Positions 15,287-25,364 of a DNA stretch of 33,500 bases are shown in pieces (position 1 is the first letter of the stretch; every line of letters begins with the position of its first letter). The position numbers were made by a program, and so were the translations under genes. Source of the stretch: a virus (taxonomy: Duplodnaviria; Caudoviricetes); the IMG/VR virus record IMGVR_UViG_3300033067_000378, positions 1-33,500 of that record; one strand, 5' to 3'. The notes below the pieces were generated by a model that saw only the letters and a list, made by a program, of their open reading frames with translations, searched no databases and was not told the DNA's origin.

Positions 15287-17041
15287 TTATCCGACAGGAG
15301 AGGCGTCTAAAAGGAACTGCCTCTTAAAACCGCTAGGAGCATACTCTCCTACTACGAACTCTACGGCGTAGTTCAAACTTTGTACTGTAGCACTTTCTCC
15401 CATAGTAGCCGTCTCGGACTGAGGATTACTAGCCGTACTAAAAGAAACACTCTCGGAGAAAGTAACGGTCTCGGTAGAAGAGTAGAGTACCTGTAGTACT
15501 TCGTTCGTCGCTATATCTATATTATCCGATACGTTAGTTACGAGAAGTTTATTAAGTACGTCCTGCATAGTTACGTTATCGGTAGTAACGATTTCTACGC
15601 TATAGATAAAAGCGGTAGGGGTTTTTAACTTTGTAGTAATACGGTCTATCTTAAAGTTCTGGTTAATACTTCTAAGAGTAGAGTTTATAGAGATAGTCGC
15701 TCCGGCTACGAGACCTCCGGTAGTAGTATCGAAACTACCTCCGTCTATTTGTCCGCTCCACCTAGCGAGTTCCGAAGTAAGACGCTGATTAGCGGAAGCC
15801 GTAGAGGTTATATTAGCGTCAACTATAACGTACTGGTAAGTACCGAACGTAGCGATACTACCTAAGTTCAATTTCTGAGCGATAAGAGGGTAGGTAGGAG
15901 TACCAGTCCAACGTACAACGTCGTTAACCGCCGGAGTATTACTATTAGCGAAACGGATAAGACCGGTACTAGGGAAGTAGACGACGTCTACCGTAGTAGG
16001 GTCTACTACTCCGTCGAGACCGTTCGTAAGTACCTTATACGCTACCGTATAGGTATGAGTTCCGGACTGAGTACCGGACGTAGTAACCGCCGTCCCTCCT
16101 CTCGTCGTAGATACGGTAAAGGTATCGGCCGTAGGAGTAGATACGATAAAGTAGTTCGTAGCGATAGATAAGCCGGTAGGTAAGGCTCCGGTAGTCGTAA
16201 ACGTAAGGATAGTACCTACCGAGAGACCGTGAGCGACCTTAGTAAACACGGCAGGGGACGCAATAGTTACGGTAAAGGTAGCGGTAGGAGGCGTCGCCTG
16301 TCGTTTATAAAAGTCGTAACTTACGAGGTCGTATCCTACGAAAAAAGTATTTTGCTGTCCGTCGGCTATTTTCTGATCTGTATATTCGGTACCGGTAGTA
16401 GTACCTCCTCGAAGTATGATATGGTTTCGTAACTGAGATATATCAGAGCGAAACACTAAAGACCCCCAGACGTAGTTAGCGGAGGTATCGGTTAGGTTAA
16501 ACGGAGCGGAGATAGTCGAGTTAGCGTAGAAGTGGACGTCCTTAGTATAGTCGACGTACCACGAATAATTACCTAGCATATTCGCTAGTTTTTTTAGACA
16601 CTCACTTATAGGAAGATAGTTAAACGTTATCGCCGTTATAACCGTCGTATCGGTAGTCGAGGTACTCGTAAATCCGGAGGCGTAGGTACTAAGGAGATTA
16701 CTTACGATATACGCTACGGTCTGTCCGGTATAGTTCTTCGTAACGAGATTACGGTCGAGAGTATGCGTATAATCTTTACACTGTACGTTAAGCCTTTTTA
16801 CGAGGCCGTCCATACGTTCCTCTGTATTTATAACCGTACCGCCGAAGATAAGCGTAGTACCGTCCGTATCGTATAACTTAACGTCGTCTCCTAGTACCGG
16901 TCTATAAGTCTTAGCAGGATAGTTTACTATATCGAAGTTAAGAGTATCCGGCTCCTTACTAGAGACCTGTTGTTTCTCTAGGCTCTGCCAGTCGACAAGA
17001 CTTGTTTTATCTACTGAGTTTATTTTTAGTAGTATAGACAT
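15287..17041 (-). CDS. Tail tip / hub protein with an inserted Thr-rich beta domain
   Basis: Directly follows the tape measure; hub-like N-terminus (IFGGTV...VQCKDY...WYVDYTKDVHF). Confidence 0.7.
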   Translation of the reverse strand: MSILLKINSVDKTSLVDWQSLEKQQVSSKEPDTLNFDIVNYPAKTYRPVLGDDVKLYDTDGTTLIFGGTVINTEERMDGLVKRLNVQCKDYTHTLDRNLVTKNYTGQTVAYIVSNLLSTYASGFTSTSTTDTTVITAITFNYLPISECLKKLANMLGNYSWYVDYTKDVHFYANSTISAPFNLTDTSANYVWGSLVFRSDISQLRNHIILRGGTTTGTEYTDQKIADGQQNTFFVGYDLVSYDFYKRQATPPTATFTVTIASPAVFTKVAHGLSVGTILTFTTTGALPTGLSIATNYFIVSTPTADTFTVSTTRGGTAVTTSGTQSGTHTYTVAYKVLTNGLDGVVDPTTVDVVYFPSTGLIRFANSNTPAVNDVVRWTGTPTYPLIAQKLNLGSIATFGTYQYVIVDANITSTASANQRLTSELARWSGQIDGGSFDTTTGGLVAGATISINSTLRSINQNFKIDRITTKLKTPTAFIYSVEIVTTDNVTMQDVLNKLLVTNVSDNIDIATNEVLQVLYSSTETVTFSESVSFSTASNPQSETATMGESATVQSLNYAVEFVVGEYAPSGFKRQFLLDASPVG

Positions 17042-17047
17042 AGAGTA

Positions 17048-19171
17048 TTATAATCCTATTCGAGACATAGTCTTAAAGCGAGAGATAATCTGGTCGCCTA
17101 ACTTTCTTCCGGCGTCGTCGGATAAGAACGTTCCGGTAATGTTGATTACGATATTCCCTGTACCTACTCCTAGCTGACTGTTAGGTACGATATTACCGTT
17201 CTGACTAGCGGTAAAGATTTCTGGCCCTCGCTCTCCTACGAGATAAGTACTACCTCCGGAAACAGATCCGCCGGTCGCTCTCTTTCCGGCTACCGGTACG
17301 GATACCGTAGATACTCCCATAGCGGAGGCAGACTTAACACTAGCGATAGCAGAGGCTAAGGCTTGGTATAGAGCGATAGAGCGGTTAACTTCGTCGGTAG
17401 TCTGAGCGAGACGATTATTACTCTGCTTAATATACTCGTCGGTACCGGCTTTTTCTATCTCGGTTATCTTCGCTACTTTCTGGTTATAGAGATTAAACTC
17501 CTGAGCCTGTTTGTTAAGTTGTGCGTTAAGTTCGTTCTGTAGGTCGGCGAGTTTCTCGGTATACTCCTGTGTCGCTAACGCTCTACGAGTATTATAGTCC
17601 TCGATAGTACGCTGTAAGTCGGTAAGACCGGCTCGTCTCTTAGCCTCCGTTATCGCTCCGGCGTTGTTCTTAGCGAACTCCTTACTACTATCGTAGTTCT
17701 TCTGTTCGTCCTCTAACTGTTTCTGTAGGTCGGCCTTACGCTTAACGTCGGTCTCGGCGAGTACCTGAGATTTTAAGTCGGCTATCTTATTCTCGCTCTC
17801 GACGATTTTATCGGCGACGCTCTGAGTATCGGAGGTAGCCTGTTGATTATACGCTCTACTTAAATCGTTTATAGACTTCTTAACTTTGTCTATACTTACG
17901 GACATATCTGACATCTTCTGTAAGAACTCGCTCGTCATATTAGCGAGGTCGGTAGTAGTATCGCTCTTTAATTTATTATAAACGTCTCCTAACTTCTTAA
18001 CGACGTCGGCGTGTTTAACTAACGCTGTCTCCGCTCCCTTATTAGCGTTCGCTATACCGCTACCCATATCGACGCCGGACTTATGAGTTTTCTCGAATAC
18101 CTTAGAGGCAGTCTCAGCACTTTTCGCCATACTCTCTAACGGAGAGGACATCTTATTAAACGTCGAAGTAAGACCGTCGCTATCGGTCTGTACTTTCTTA
18201 ATCGCCTTACTCGTTCCTTCGAAAGACCAATCGCTAAAGACGTCTACTAAGGCATTAGCCGTTACCGACATACTATCGTAGGTAGCCTTAACGGACTTAC
18301 CTAAGAAGATAAAGCCCTCCGCTACTTCGTATACCGTAACTTTAAGTACCTTAGCGGAGCCGTCGATAGCGTCTACGACGTCGTTAAACTGAGTACCGTC
18401 GTCTATCGCTCCGGCTATAGCGGAAACGAAACCCTCTCCGACACTTTCTTTTAGATTATCAAAAGCGACTTTAACCGTAGCGATTTTACCGGACGTAGTC
18501 TCGGCATATTGCTCGGTAGTCATTGTAACTTTTTGCTGTATAGCGTTAAGTTGTTCGGCTGTCGTTGCGTTAGCGTCTAATTGTATCTTGTACTCCATTA
18601 AGGCTCTCTGTCCTTTTCCGGTCATTACCTTAGCGAGGTTATCGGTATTACTTTCTAGCGTACCAAAACCGGAGGCGGTCAGATCAGAGGCCATTTTTGC
18701 AAGTTGCATTCCCTTACTTAAATCTCCTCCGGCTATCTTCGTTAACTTAGCCATAGAGAGAGCGACGTCTTCGTCGTCTACTCCTAGTCTCGCCATTTTA
18801 CTTGCAAACTCTTCTACCTGTCCTCCTACCTTAGCGTAACTAAGTCCGGTACTTTCGAGAGTAGCCTTAACTAAGTTCATCTTCTTATCCGCCTCGATAT
18901 ACGCCTCGACACTTTCTTTAGTAAAGTCGACGGCTAACTCTAGTCCTTTCTTAAATGCCTCAAATGCTAACTGTCCCTTAAAGACAGAAGTAGCCATACT
19001 TTCGGTACTTCCTTTAGCCTTACCCTGAGCGTTACCGAAGTCGTCGAGTTGCTTTTTAGTTCCGTCGACTTGGTCTCCCATAGTCTTTAGGGAACTCTTA
19101 ACCTGCTCTAGGTTTTTACTAGCCTCGTCGACTGCCTTTATTGTAAATTGTAAGTTTTGGTTATCGGACAT
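17048..19171 (-). CDS. Tail tape measure protein
   Basis: IKAVDEAS N-terminus, long helical body, RATGGSVSGGSTYLVGERGPEIF C-terminal motif. Confidence 0.9.
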   Translation of the reverse strand: MSDNQNLQFTIKAVDEASKNLEQVKSSLKTMGDQVDGTKKQLDDFGNAQGKAKGSTESMATSVFKGQLAFEAFKKGLELAVDFTKESVEAYIEADKKMNLVKATLESTGLSYAKVGGQVEEFASKMARLGVDDEDVALSMAKLTKIAGGDLSKGMQLAKMASDLTASGFGTLESNTDNLAKVMTGKGQRALMEYKIQLDANATTAEQLNAIQQKVTMTTEQYAETTSGKIATVKVAFDNLKESVGEGFVSAIAGAIDDGTQFNDVVDAIDGSAKVLKVTVYEVAEGFIFLGKSVKATYDSMSVTANALVDVFSDWSFEGTSKAIKKVQTDSDGLTSTFNKMSSPLESMAKSAETASKVFEKTHKSGVDMGSGIANANKGAETALVKHADVVKKLGDVYNKLKSDTTTDLANMTSEFLQKMSDMSVSIDKVKKSINDLSRAYNQQATSDTQSVADKIVESENKIADLKSQVLAETDVKRKADLQKQLEDEQKNYDSSKEFAKNNAGAITEAKRRAGLTDLQRTIEDYNTRRALATQEYTEKLADLQNELNAQLNKQAQEFNLYNQKVAKITEIEKAGTDEYIKQSNNRLAQTTDEVNRSIALYQALASAIASVKSASAMGVSTVSVPVAGKRATGGSVSGGSTYLVGERGPEIFTASQNGNIVPNSQLGVGTGNIVINITGTFLSDDAGRKLGDQIISRFKTMSRIGL

Positions 19172-19173
19172 AG

Positions 19174-19387
19174 TTATAGATTTTTGATTTCGTTCTCAGC
19201 TCCCCATTTAGCGAGTAACTTATCGACAAACCATACCGGCTGAGATAAGTACTCCTCGTACGTCCAACCCATTTTTTCGCACACTACCAACATAAACACG
19301 TCTTCGTTAGGAGACTTGTTACTTCCGGCGAGGAACGTCTTATAGTCGTATTCGAAGTCTCCTATCTCGTCCTCTAGGCTAGAGTTT
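19174..19387 (-). CDS. Tail assembly chaperone -1 frameshift extension (gpT-like)
   Basis: The -1 frame after GGA AAA AAA reads NSSLEDEIGDFEYDY...VCEKMGWTYEEYLSQPVWFVDKLLAKWGAENEIKNL and stops 2 nt before the TMP start. Confidence 0.75.
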
Positions 19388-19673
19388 TTTTTCCACTAGA
19401 AACTTCACACGCCTTGATAAACAAGGTCGCTCCGTCGTCGAAAGGAAGACCGGAGACGTATTCGAGAACGTTAGGAACGGCTACTCCGTCCTTAGTAGTA
19501 ACCGAGACGATTACCGTTTTAACGATAGCCTCCGAGAGTTCTTTATCTTTATCCGCTACGCTTAAATCCTTGTTCTTAATATAGTTAAGAGCGTTATGTT
19601 CTCCGAAAGAGATATAAGTATTAAGGGTCGCTACGTCTCCGTTAGGTAAAGTAAAAGTAAAAGTAGGTCTCAT
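19374..19673 (-). CDS. Tail assembly chaperone (gpG-like)
   Basis: Between tube and TMP; ends in slippery GGAAAAAAAAC. Confidence 0.8.
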   Translation of the reverse strand: MRPTFTFTLPNGDVATLNTYISFGEHNALNYIKNKDLSVADKDKELSEAIVKTVIVSVTTKDGVAVPNVLEYVSGLPFDDGATLFIKACEVSSGKKTLA

Positions 19674-19676
19674 AGA

Positions 19677-20657
19677 TTAGTAGGCAGTCGCTACGATATT
19701 ACGAAGTGTAGCGGTTATCATTTTAGCGTCCGCTAGAGAGTAGAACGCCTTAAACTTAAGTGTCTGAGTAACTACGTCGTCGTTACTTATCTTACGAGCG
19801 ACTTCGGTTAACTTAACCTTAGCGAGGTCGATAGTAATAGTAGGGTTAGAAGACGCTCCGATAGTAGTACCGGTCATAATACCGATAAAGCGAAGAGCCT
19901 TAGGAGTATCGGCAGTCATAATGTCGATATAAGTATGATCTGCGTAAACGATTTCGATAGTTCCCTCGACTTCGAAAGCCTTGTTAACACGGTCTACAGG
20001 AGATAGGTTTCCGATAGTCCAGTCTTCGTCTACGTTAGCCTTAATAGAAAGACTAGCCTTACGAGTATTTATTGCGGACGCTGCACCAAGACCGGCGAGG
20101 TTAGTAGCAATTTTAACCGACATTTGCTGAGGGAGGAAAGCGTTTTCGCTAGTAGCGAACGATACGGTGTTAGCACCGGACGCTGAGACGTTAGCACGGA
20201 AACCTGCCTTATAAGTAGAGTACTTGTTTACTTCGAAAGTAAGTTCGAGACTATCTACCATACCTAGAGCGTAACGATAGCCGGTACTTTCCGATGGCCC
20301 TGCGAGACAGAACGTAAGGGTAGGGTGCTGTGCTGTTTCGAGAACTGTAAAGACGTGGTCGTACGCAGTAGTTTCTACGAGCGTAGGAGTATCGGTACCG
20401 AAGAGAGAGAGGAGAACAAGCCCTAGTGTAGTATCGTTAACACGACCGGAGATACTTCCCTCCGCATACTTACTTACTACGTCCTGCCCCTGTCCACTTT
20501 CGATAACACCGACAGAACTTTCGTCCTTAACGACGTTAACCTTATCGTCGATAGTGAGGTCTGTTTTAGGCAACCAATATGTTGCTGCAACCGCAGTACC
20601 TCTTACGGTTTCCTTTCCAATACCTAAACTTATTTTTCTTCCGATTTGTAATGACAT
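19677..20657 (-). CDS. Major tail tube protein
   Basis: IGKETVRGTAVA...YDHVFT...; position after the tail terminator. Confidence 0.85.
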   Translation of the reverse strand: MSLQIGRKISLGIGKETVRGTAVAATYWLPKTDLTIDDKVNVVKDESSVGVIESGQGQDVVSKYAEGSISGRVNDTTLGLVLLSLFGTDTPTLVETTAYDHVFTVLETAQHPTLTFCLAGPSESTGYRYALGMVDSLELTFEVNKYSTYKAGFRANVSASGANTVSFATSENAFLPQQMSVKIATNLAGLGAASAINTRKASLSIKANVDEDWTIGNLSPVDRVNKAFEVEGTIEIVYADHTYIDIMTADTPKALRFIGIMTGTTIGASSNPTITIDLAKVKLTEVARKISNDDVVTQTLKFKAFYSLADAKMITATLRNIVATAY

Positions 20658-20662
20658 AAAAG

Positions 20663-20824
20663 TTATTTATCCTTTAAGGTTTCAGCGAGTTTAATATCCG
20701 CCTCCGCCTGAGTAGGAGCGTTAATAGTAATTTGATAATCTGGGTAAAAGAACGATAACAAAGGTACTTCTACCTTTGCGGTATCTTTCTTTTGCATTTT
20801 GTTAACTGGTGCTTGTTCTAGCAT
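20663..20824 (-). CDS. Small protein upstream of the tail tube (53 aa, not in ORF track)
   Basis: TGTTATAAT-aaatat-ATG; MLEQAPVNKMQKKDTAKVEVPLLSFFYPDYQITINAPTQAEADIKLAETLKDK. Confidence 0.7.
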   Translation of the reverse strand: MLEQAPVNKMQKKDTAKVEVPLLSFFYPDYQITINAPTQAEADIKLAETLKDK

Positions 20825-20857
20825 ATATTTATTATAACACTAAATTGTTAAAGGCAA

Positions 20858-21286
20858 CTATAGGATTGTGGAGGCTACGTTACATCTAAGTTTAATTTCC
20901 TGATAGATAGAGTTTCCCTCCGGAGTTGCTACTTCCTGACGTGTACCCATAACCGGCATTATCCAGTCGACGGTACCGGATAGGGTATCGTTAGCCTTAA
21001 GTTCTAGGACGTTTATAACGGACTTAGTCGTATTATCGAGGATAGTTTTCGCTAGGTCTTCCCCTTTTACCGGTAACTCGCAGACTATCCATATCGTAAA
21101 GGTAAGTACTCGGAGGTTATTAGCGTCGTCTAGCATAGTACCGTCCTCGTTAGTAAGGTCGAAGATAATAGCCGGATAGCCGGATAGGGAGACGGCTCGA
21201 TAGTCGTAGACTACTGCTACCTCGCTAACTGTCTGTAGTAGCGTCTTGATCTGCGAACGTATAGCGGAGGGGTCGTAAGTAGACAT
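20858..21286 (-). CDS. Tail terminator / completion protein
   Basis: Synteny; size; GYPAI motif. Confidence 0.65.
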   Translation of the reverse strand: MSTYDPSAIRSQIKTLLQTVSEVAVVYDYRAVSLSGYPAIIFDLTNEDGTMLDDANNLRVLTFTIWIVCELPVKGEDLAKTILDNTTKSVINVLELKANDTLSGTVDWIMPVMGTRQEVATPEGNSIYQEIKLRCNVASTIL

Positions 21287-21289
21287 AGA

Positions 21290-21745
21290 TTATTTATTAG
21301 TTAGTTCGTTGACTATATTATTTATTGTACCTTTTATAATTATATTTGCACGTTCCACACTATTATCTAGTCCTCTCGTAAAGAACGGATTAGCCTTAGT
21401 ACCTTTCTTAGCGATACTACGAGCGACTAAGAACGGAGGTATACCTTTTCTCTCAGCCCAAGGGGTTATCTCTTCGATAGAGACCTTATGAGGAGGAGTT
21501 CCGAACTGTACCGCTCCGGCGTACGGCATTTGAGAGGTAAGCGTTCCCTCTAACGGCTTAAAGGCTTTAGTCCAACGGTTATGGAGTTTCTTAGTATCTA
21601 TAGGAGCCTCTTTCTTGACGTTTACCTCTACTAGGTTAACGATAGCGACGATAGAGGCGTTAGCGTGTTTAATCGCCACCTCCGGAGCCTGTTCTAGCAT
21701 ACTCGTAAGTTTATCTAGGCCGGATACGTTAAGCGTTAAAGACAT
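21290..21745 (-). CDS. HK97 gp10-like neck protein
   Basis: APIDTKKL...YAGAVQFGT...KGTKANPFF. Confidence 0.8.
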   Translation of the reverse strand: MSLTLNVSGLDKLTSMLEQAPEVAIKHANASIVAIVNLVEVNVKKEAPIDTKKLHNRWTKAFKPLEGTLTSQMPYAGAVQFGTPPHKVSIEEITPWAERKGIPPFLVARSIAKKGTKANPFFTRGLDNSVERANIIIKGTINNIVNELTNK

Positions 21746-21750
21746 AGTTT

Positions 21751-22059
21751 TTATCCTAGTACTAGGAGATATTTATTATGAGCGGTAATTCCCCCTCGAT
21801 TATGGATAGCGGTACCTCGAACGGAGTAAGCGACGCCGTCGATAGTTAGGTTATCTCCGGTACGAATATCGACGCCTACTTCGGTTATAAGTTGAAAGCC
21901 CTGTCCGAACTGCATACCGTTAAGGCTAGACTGTTCCTCCGATAGAGGACGAAGATAACCGGTAAGATTAGTACCTACGGTCGTAAGAGTAGACTTATTC
22001 CCTGTATATACTTGACGTTTTACTAGGGATATAGCGTTGTTAGAAGTAAAGTAAAGCAT
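21751..22059 (-). CDS. Head closure protein (SPP1 gp16-like)
   Basis: DIRTGDNLTIDGVAYSV; synteny. Confidence 0.7.
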   Translation of the reverse strand: MLYFTSNNAISLVKRQVYTGNKSTLTTVGTNLTGYLRPLSEEQSSLNGMQFGQGFQLITEVGVDIRTGDNLTIDGVAYSVRGTAIHNRGGITAHNKYLLVLG

Positions 22060-22063
22060 AGTA

Positions 22064-22681
22064 TTAGACGGCGTACCTAAACGTCTGGTACTGGCTTAGG
22101 ATAGTCTTAACACTAGGCGGTAACTCTTCGGATAGGTCTTTATAACGTACCTCCTGTCCCTCCGTTCGTAACTGGGAGATACCCTGAGCCTGTCTATTCT
22201 GGAAGAGAGACGCTACGAACATAGTACACGCCATAGATAGGTCGTTAGGGAGCGTATGGAAAGTAGGGTTAGTTTCCTGCGTAAAGTCGATTAAGTAACC
22301 GGCGGTATAGACTAACTGTATACCTTGAGAAGAGACCGGAAGTTGTCCGAAAAACTTAACATACCCTGCCTTAGAGTAGAGTAAGTAAGTATCGACGTTA
22401 TAGACATTCCAGATAGGACTACTAGGAGTACCGGAGCGGTACTTTACGCTAGTAAGAGCCGTTACCGGATAGTTCTCGAAGAAGAGTTTATCTCCTCCTT
22501 TCGTATCTACGACGTCCGTATAAGACTGAGAGAGAAACTTACGACCACCGCAGTAGTTCTCGATAAAAGCGGTCGCTTGGTCGATAAGCATATCTATAAG
22601 TACGTCGTTAGTACTCCCACTTAGAGATAGGTAACTTTTTACTTTTTCTTTTGTGGTTAGTGCATTAGCGAGTGTACTCAT
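22064..22681 (-). CDS. Head-tail connector/adaptor (gp6/gp15-like)
   Basis: LTTKEKVKSYL...IENYCG...VYTAGY...LPNDL...ILSQY. Confidence 0.85.
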   Translation of the reverse strand: MSTLANALTTKEKVKSYLSLSGSTNDVLIDMLIDQATAFIENYCGGRKFLSQSYTDVVDTKGGDKLFFENYPVTALTSVKYRSGTPSSPIWNVYNVDTYLLYSKAGYVKFFGQLPVSSQGIQLVYTAGYLIDFTQETNPTFHTLPNDLSMACTMFVASLFQNRQAQGISQLRTEGQEVRYKDLSEELPPSVKTILSQYQTFRYAV

Positions 22682-22690
22682 AGGGTTTTA

Positions 22691-22924
22691 TTATTCTAGG
22701 ACTTCTGCGTCTCCTTTGTTATCGTCGACGATTTCTTCTTCTTTCTTATCCTCTGTATCGAGGTCTTTAACTTCTTCGAGTTTCTGATCTGCTACTACGG
22801 TAGAGGTCTCGTCTGTGTCTTCGAAGTCTGTAGGGTCTAAGTGCTTAACTTCTTCGTCCGAGTAGATACCTCCTTTCTCGTAAGTAATTCCCTCGCTAAC
22901 GATTGTATATAGTGCTTTCTTCAT
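22691..22924 (-). CDS. Small acidic protein after the capsid gene
   Basis: 77 aa ORF. Confidence 0.7.
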   Translation of the reverse strand: MKKALYTIVSEGITYEKGGIYSDEEVKHLDPTDFEDTDETSTVVADQKLEEVKDLDTEDKKEEEIVDDNKGDAEVLE

Positions 22925-22967
22925 AAAATGTGGATATTAAAATTATTAAAGCGTTGTTAGTTCGCTT

Positions 22968-23006
22968 AATAAGAAGTGTATCATATTAGATACGATACAC
23001 TCCCTA
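22968..23006 (-). promoter_or_regulatory. Strong hairpin after the capsid gene (attenuator or mRNA stabiliser)
   Basis: Minus strand ATAGGGAGTGTATCGTAT-CTA-ATATGATACACTTCTTAT, about 18 bp with G-U pairs. Confidence 0.6.
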
Positions 23007-23020
23007 TAAACGCTCTACGA

Positions 23021-24196
23021 TTATGACGCAGAAGTCTTGAGGACAGCGAATGCTGTAGGAAGACCTACGGCAACAGCGTGGCGAGTAATAACTCGTACGG
23101 CTGACTGGTTAGTTTCGAAGAGTGAAACACCTCCGATAACTCCCTCACTAGATACCGATACCCCCATTTCCTGACGCATACCTACATAGATGTGCTTAAG
23201 GTTTCCGAAGATAACGTACTTAGTAGAGATAGCTGTAGTACTTGGCATTTTATCTGACAAGTAAACAGGATAACCCCAAAGAGTTCCGGCCTGAGCTGTA
23301 GGGAAGTCTTGGTTAGCGTTAGCAGAAAGTACAGGGTTTACAGCAGAACCGAAGTAGTCTCCCGAAGTAGACGCCTTAGCCTTTTGTAGGAAAGCCCAGA
23401 TAGTACGGTGCATAACGAAACCTGCTCCTTGCAAAGCCCAAGGCTTAACGTTAGAGATAAGGTCTCTCATATTGTCCGGTGTAGAACAAAGTGTGAAAGT
23501 ACTGTTACCTGTTGCTGCAGTTACGATAGTAACTCCAGTATCAGAGAGAACGCCAGTAAAAGGAGCACCACTACCTACGAGACCTTGCTTATCAAGTTCT
23601 CCGGCGATAGCCTCAGCGAAGAGTTCCGTAAGGAGGTCTACGACAGAAACGTTAGCGTCCGCTAGAAGTTCGTTAGACATAGGAGTAATACCTACGGCAG
23701 TCTTACTTAATAGCTGTACGTTTTCGAATACTGGCTGTGAGCCTGTACCTGCGGTTGCTTCACCAGGGTAGTAGATAGTAACAGAAGACGCTAGACGTGG
23801 AACGTTTAGAGTATCTGTATTCATAGGGAACTTACGAGCAAGTTTTGCAATAAGTCCGAAGTCTTCTACGACACGGTTAACTTCTGCTGCGAACTCTTCC
23901 GGAACTAGGAAACCTCCGTTAGCGTTAGTACCCTCAGAGAGAGCCTTAAACATAGCGAGAGACCCAATATCCTTGTTATAAAGAGCTGAGAAGAACTTAG
24001 CAGTCTTTTGCTTACTTTCGAGAGCGTTAAGACCATCTTGGCCGAGTTCTTGTGCTGAGCCTTTATAAGCGAACTTATTAGTAGCCTTAGATACTCCCTC
24101 AAGAGCCTTTGCTACTGCGTCTGCTGACGACTTTTCTGCAACTTCGGACATCAACTTTGTAAGTTCGTCCTTAGTCATTGTAATTGTTTCTGACAT
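23021..24196 (-). CDS. Major capsid protein, HK97 fold
   Basis: GGFLVPEEF, SNELLADA, TLWGYPV, FGNLK, FETNQ. Confidence 0.95.
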   Translation of the reverse strand: MSETITMTKDELTKLMSEVAEKSSADAVAKALEGVSKATNKFAYKGSAQELGQDGLNALESKQKTAKFFSALYNKDIGSLAMFKALSEGTNANGGFLVPEEFAAEVNRVVEDFGLIAKLARKFPMNTDTLNVPRLASSVTIYYPGEATAGTGSQPVFENVQLLSKTAVGITPMSNELLADANVSVVDLLTELFAEAIAGELDKQGLVGSGAPFTGVLSDTGVTIVTAATGNSTFTLCSTPDNMRDLISNVKPWALQGAGFVMHRTIWAFLQKAKASTSGDYFGSAVNPVLSANANQDFPTAQAGTLWGYPVYLSDKMPSTTAISTKYVIFGNLKHIYVGMRQEMGVSVSSEGVIGGVSLFETNQSAVRVITRHAVAVGLPTAFAVLKTSAS

Positions 24197-24230
24197 AAAA
24201 TTATCTGATTAAATTAAACTTAATAAAAAA

Positions 24231-25313
24231 CTATTCGGCTTTTACGCCCTCCTTACTCTTGATAAAACGGTTTACGATACCTAGTACTACCTCGTTACTC
24301 TTATCGTTATTACGGAGTAAGGCCTGTACGTCTTTCATAACCTCGTTTACGTCTAAAGTAACAGTCTCTACGCTACCGGCCTTTTCGACCGCCTCCGTAG
24401 GAGTTTCTTTTACTTCAACTACTTCCTCTACCGCCTTATCTTCCTTAGACGCACTAGCGACTAGGTCGTTAAGATGAGTACAGCCGTTAGTCATACTCTC
24501 GATAGCCTTACCGATAAGTTCGAGAGACTTCTTAGAGAGAACGGCTCCTGCTTTCTCCTTAGGAGTAAGGAAACCTTTAGCCTCTCCGGAAAGTAATGTC
24601 TTAGCGATTTTAGTTTCGCTAGGCTCTACCTCTACTCCGTCCGCTACCTGCTGTAATAGGTCTACGGTTTCGGTAAGTAATTTCTGGAAGTCTTCTACCG
24701 GAGTGTTCTCGTCGAAGAAGACACAAGCGAAAGCGTGTACGACGTCCATTACCTCCGAGTACTTCTCGTACTTAGCCTCCATAACTTCCTCTGCGTTTAA
24801 TTCTTGTGCAACGGCTCCCTTTTCGATAACGTCTTCTACCGTCTTAATAAAGTCGGCGTCGAAACCTTTACTAACGGCTAGGCGAAGAGCCTCTTGGTTA
24901 GCCGGTACCGGAACGAGAGAGAGTTCGAGTAACTCCGCTCTAGTGATAATGTTACCCTCTCTTTCGAGTGGGATAAAGCCTACACTACTAGCGTTAACGA
25001 TACCCTCTTCGTAAAGTTTCTTGATCTGTTGTGCTACCGGATTAGCCTCCGCCGTAGCGAAGATAAAGTCGGCGACTAACTTACCTTTTACAACTTGAGC
25101 GGATACTACTTTACCGATAGGAAGAGCAGAGTAGTCGTGTGCCCAGAGGAGTACCGGATTTTTATTGAAGTTCTTTAGTTCCCACCCTGTCTGGTCTACA
25201 CTATCTCCCTGTCGGTCGATAGCAGAAGTAGAGGCGATAATCGTAAAGACATCTTCTCCGTTAGTACCTGCTTTTTTTTCTACGCCACCGAGTAAATAAC
25301 TTTTAGTATTCAT
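24231..25313 (-). CDS. HK97-family prohead protease with C-terminal scaffold-like extension
   Basis: DRQGD...NPVLLWAHD...PIGK...SVGF...ELLELSLVPVPAN. Confidence 0.92.
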   Translation of the reverse strand: MNTKSYLLGGVEKKAGTNGEDVFTIIASTSAIDRQGDSVDQTGWELKNFNKNPVLLWAHDYSALPIGKVVSAQVVKGKLVADFIFATAEANPVAQQIKKLYEEGIVNASSVGFIPLEREGNIITRAELLELSLVPVPANQEALRLAVSKGFDADFIKTVEDVIEKGAVAQELNAEEVMEAKYEKYSEVMDVVHAFACVFFDENTPVEDFQKLLTETVDLLQQVADGVEVEPSETKIAKTLLSGEAKGFLTPKEKAGAVLSKKSLELIGKAIESMTNGCTHLNDLVASASKEDKAVEEVVEVKETPTEAVEKAGSVETVTLDVNEVMKDVQALLRNNDKSNEVVLGIVNRFIKSKEGVKAE

Positions 25314-25364
25314 ATAGTAATAATATCACGCTTTTGTAAAAGTGTCTGTTTATTGTGGATAATG

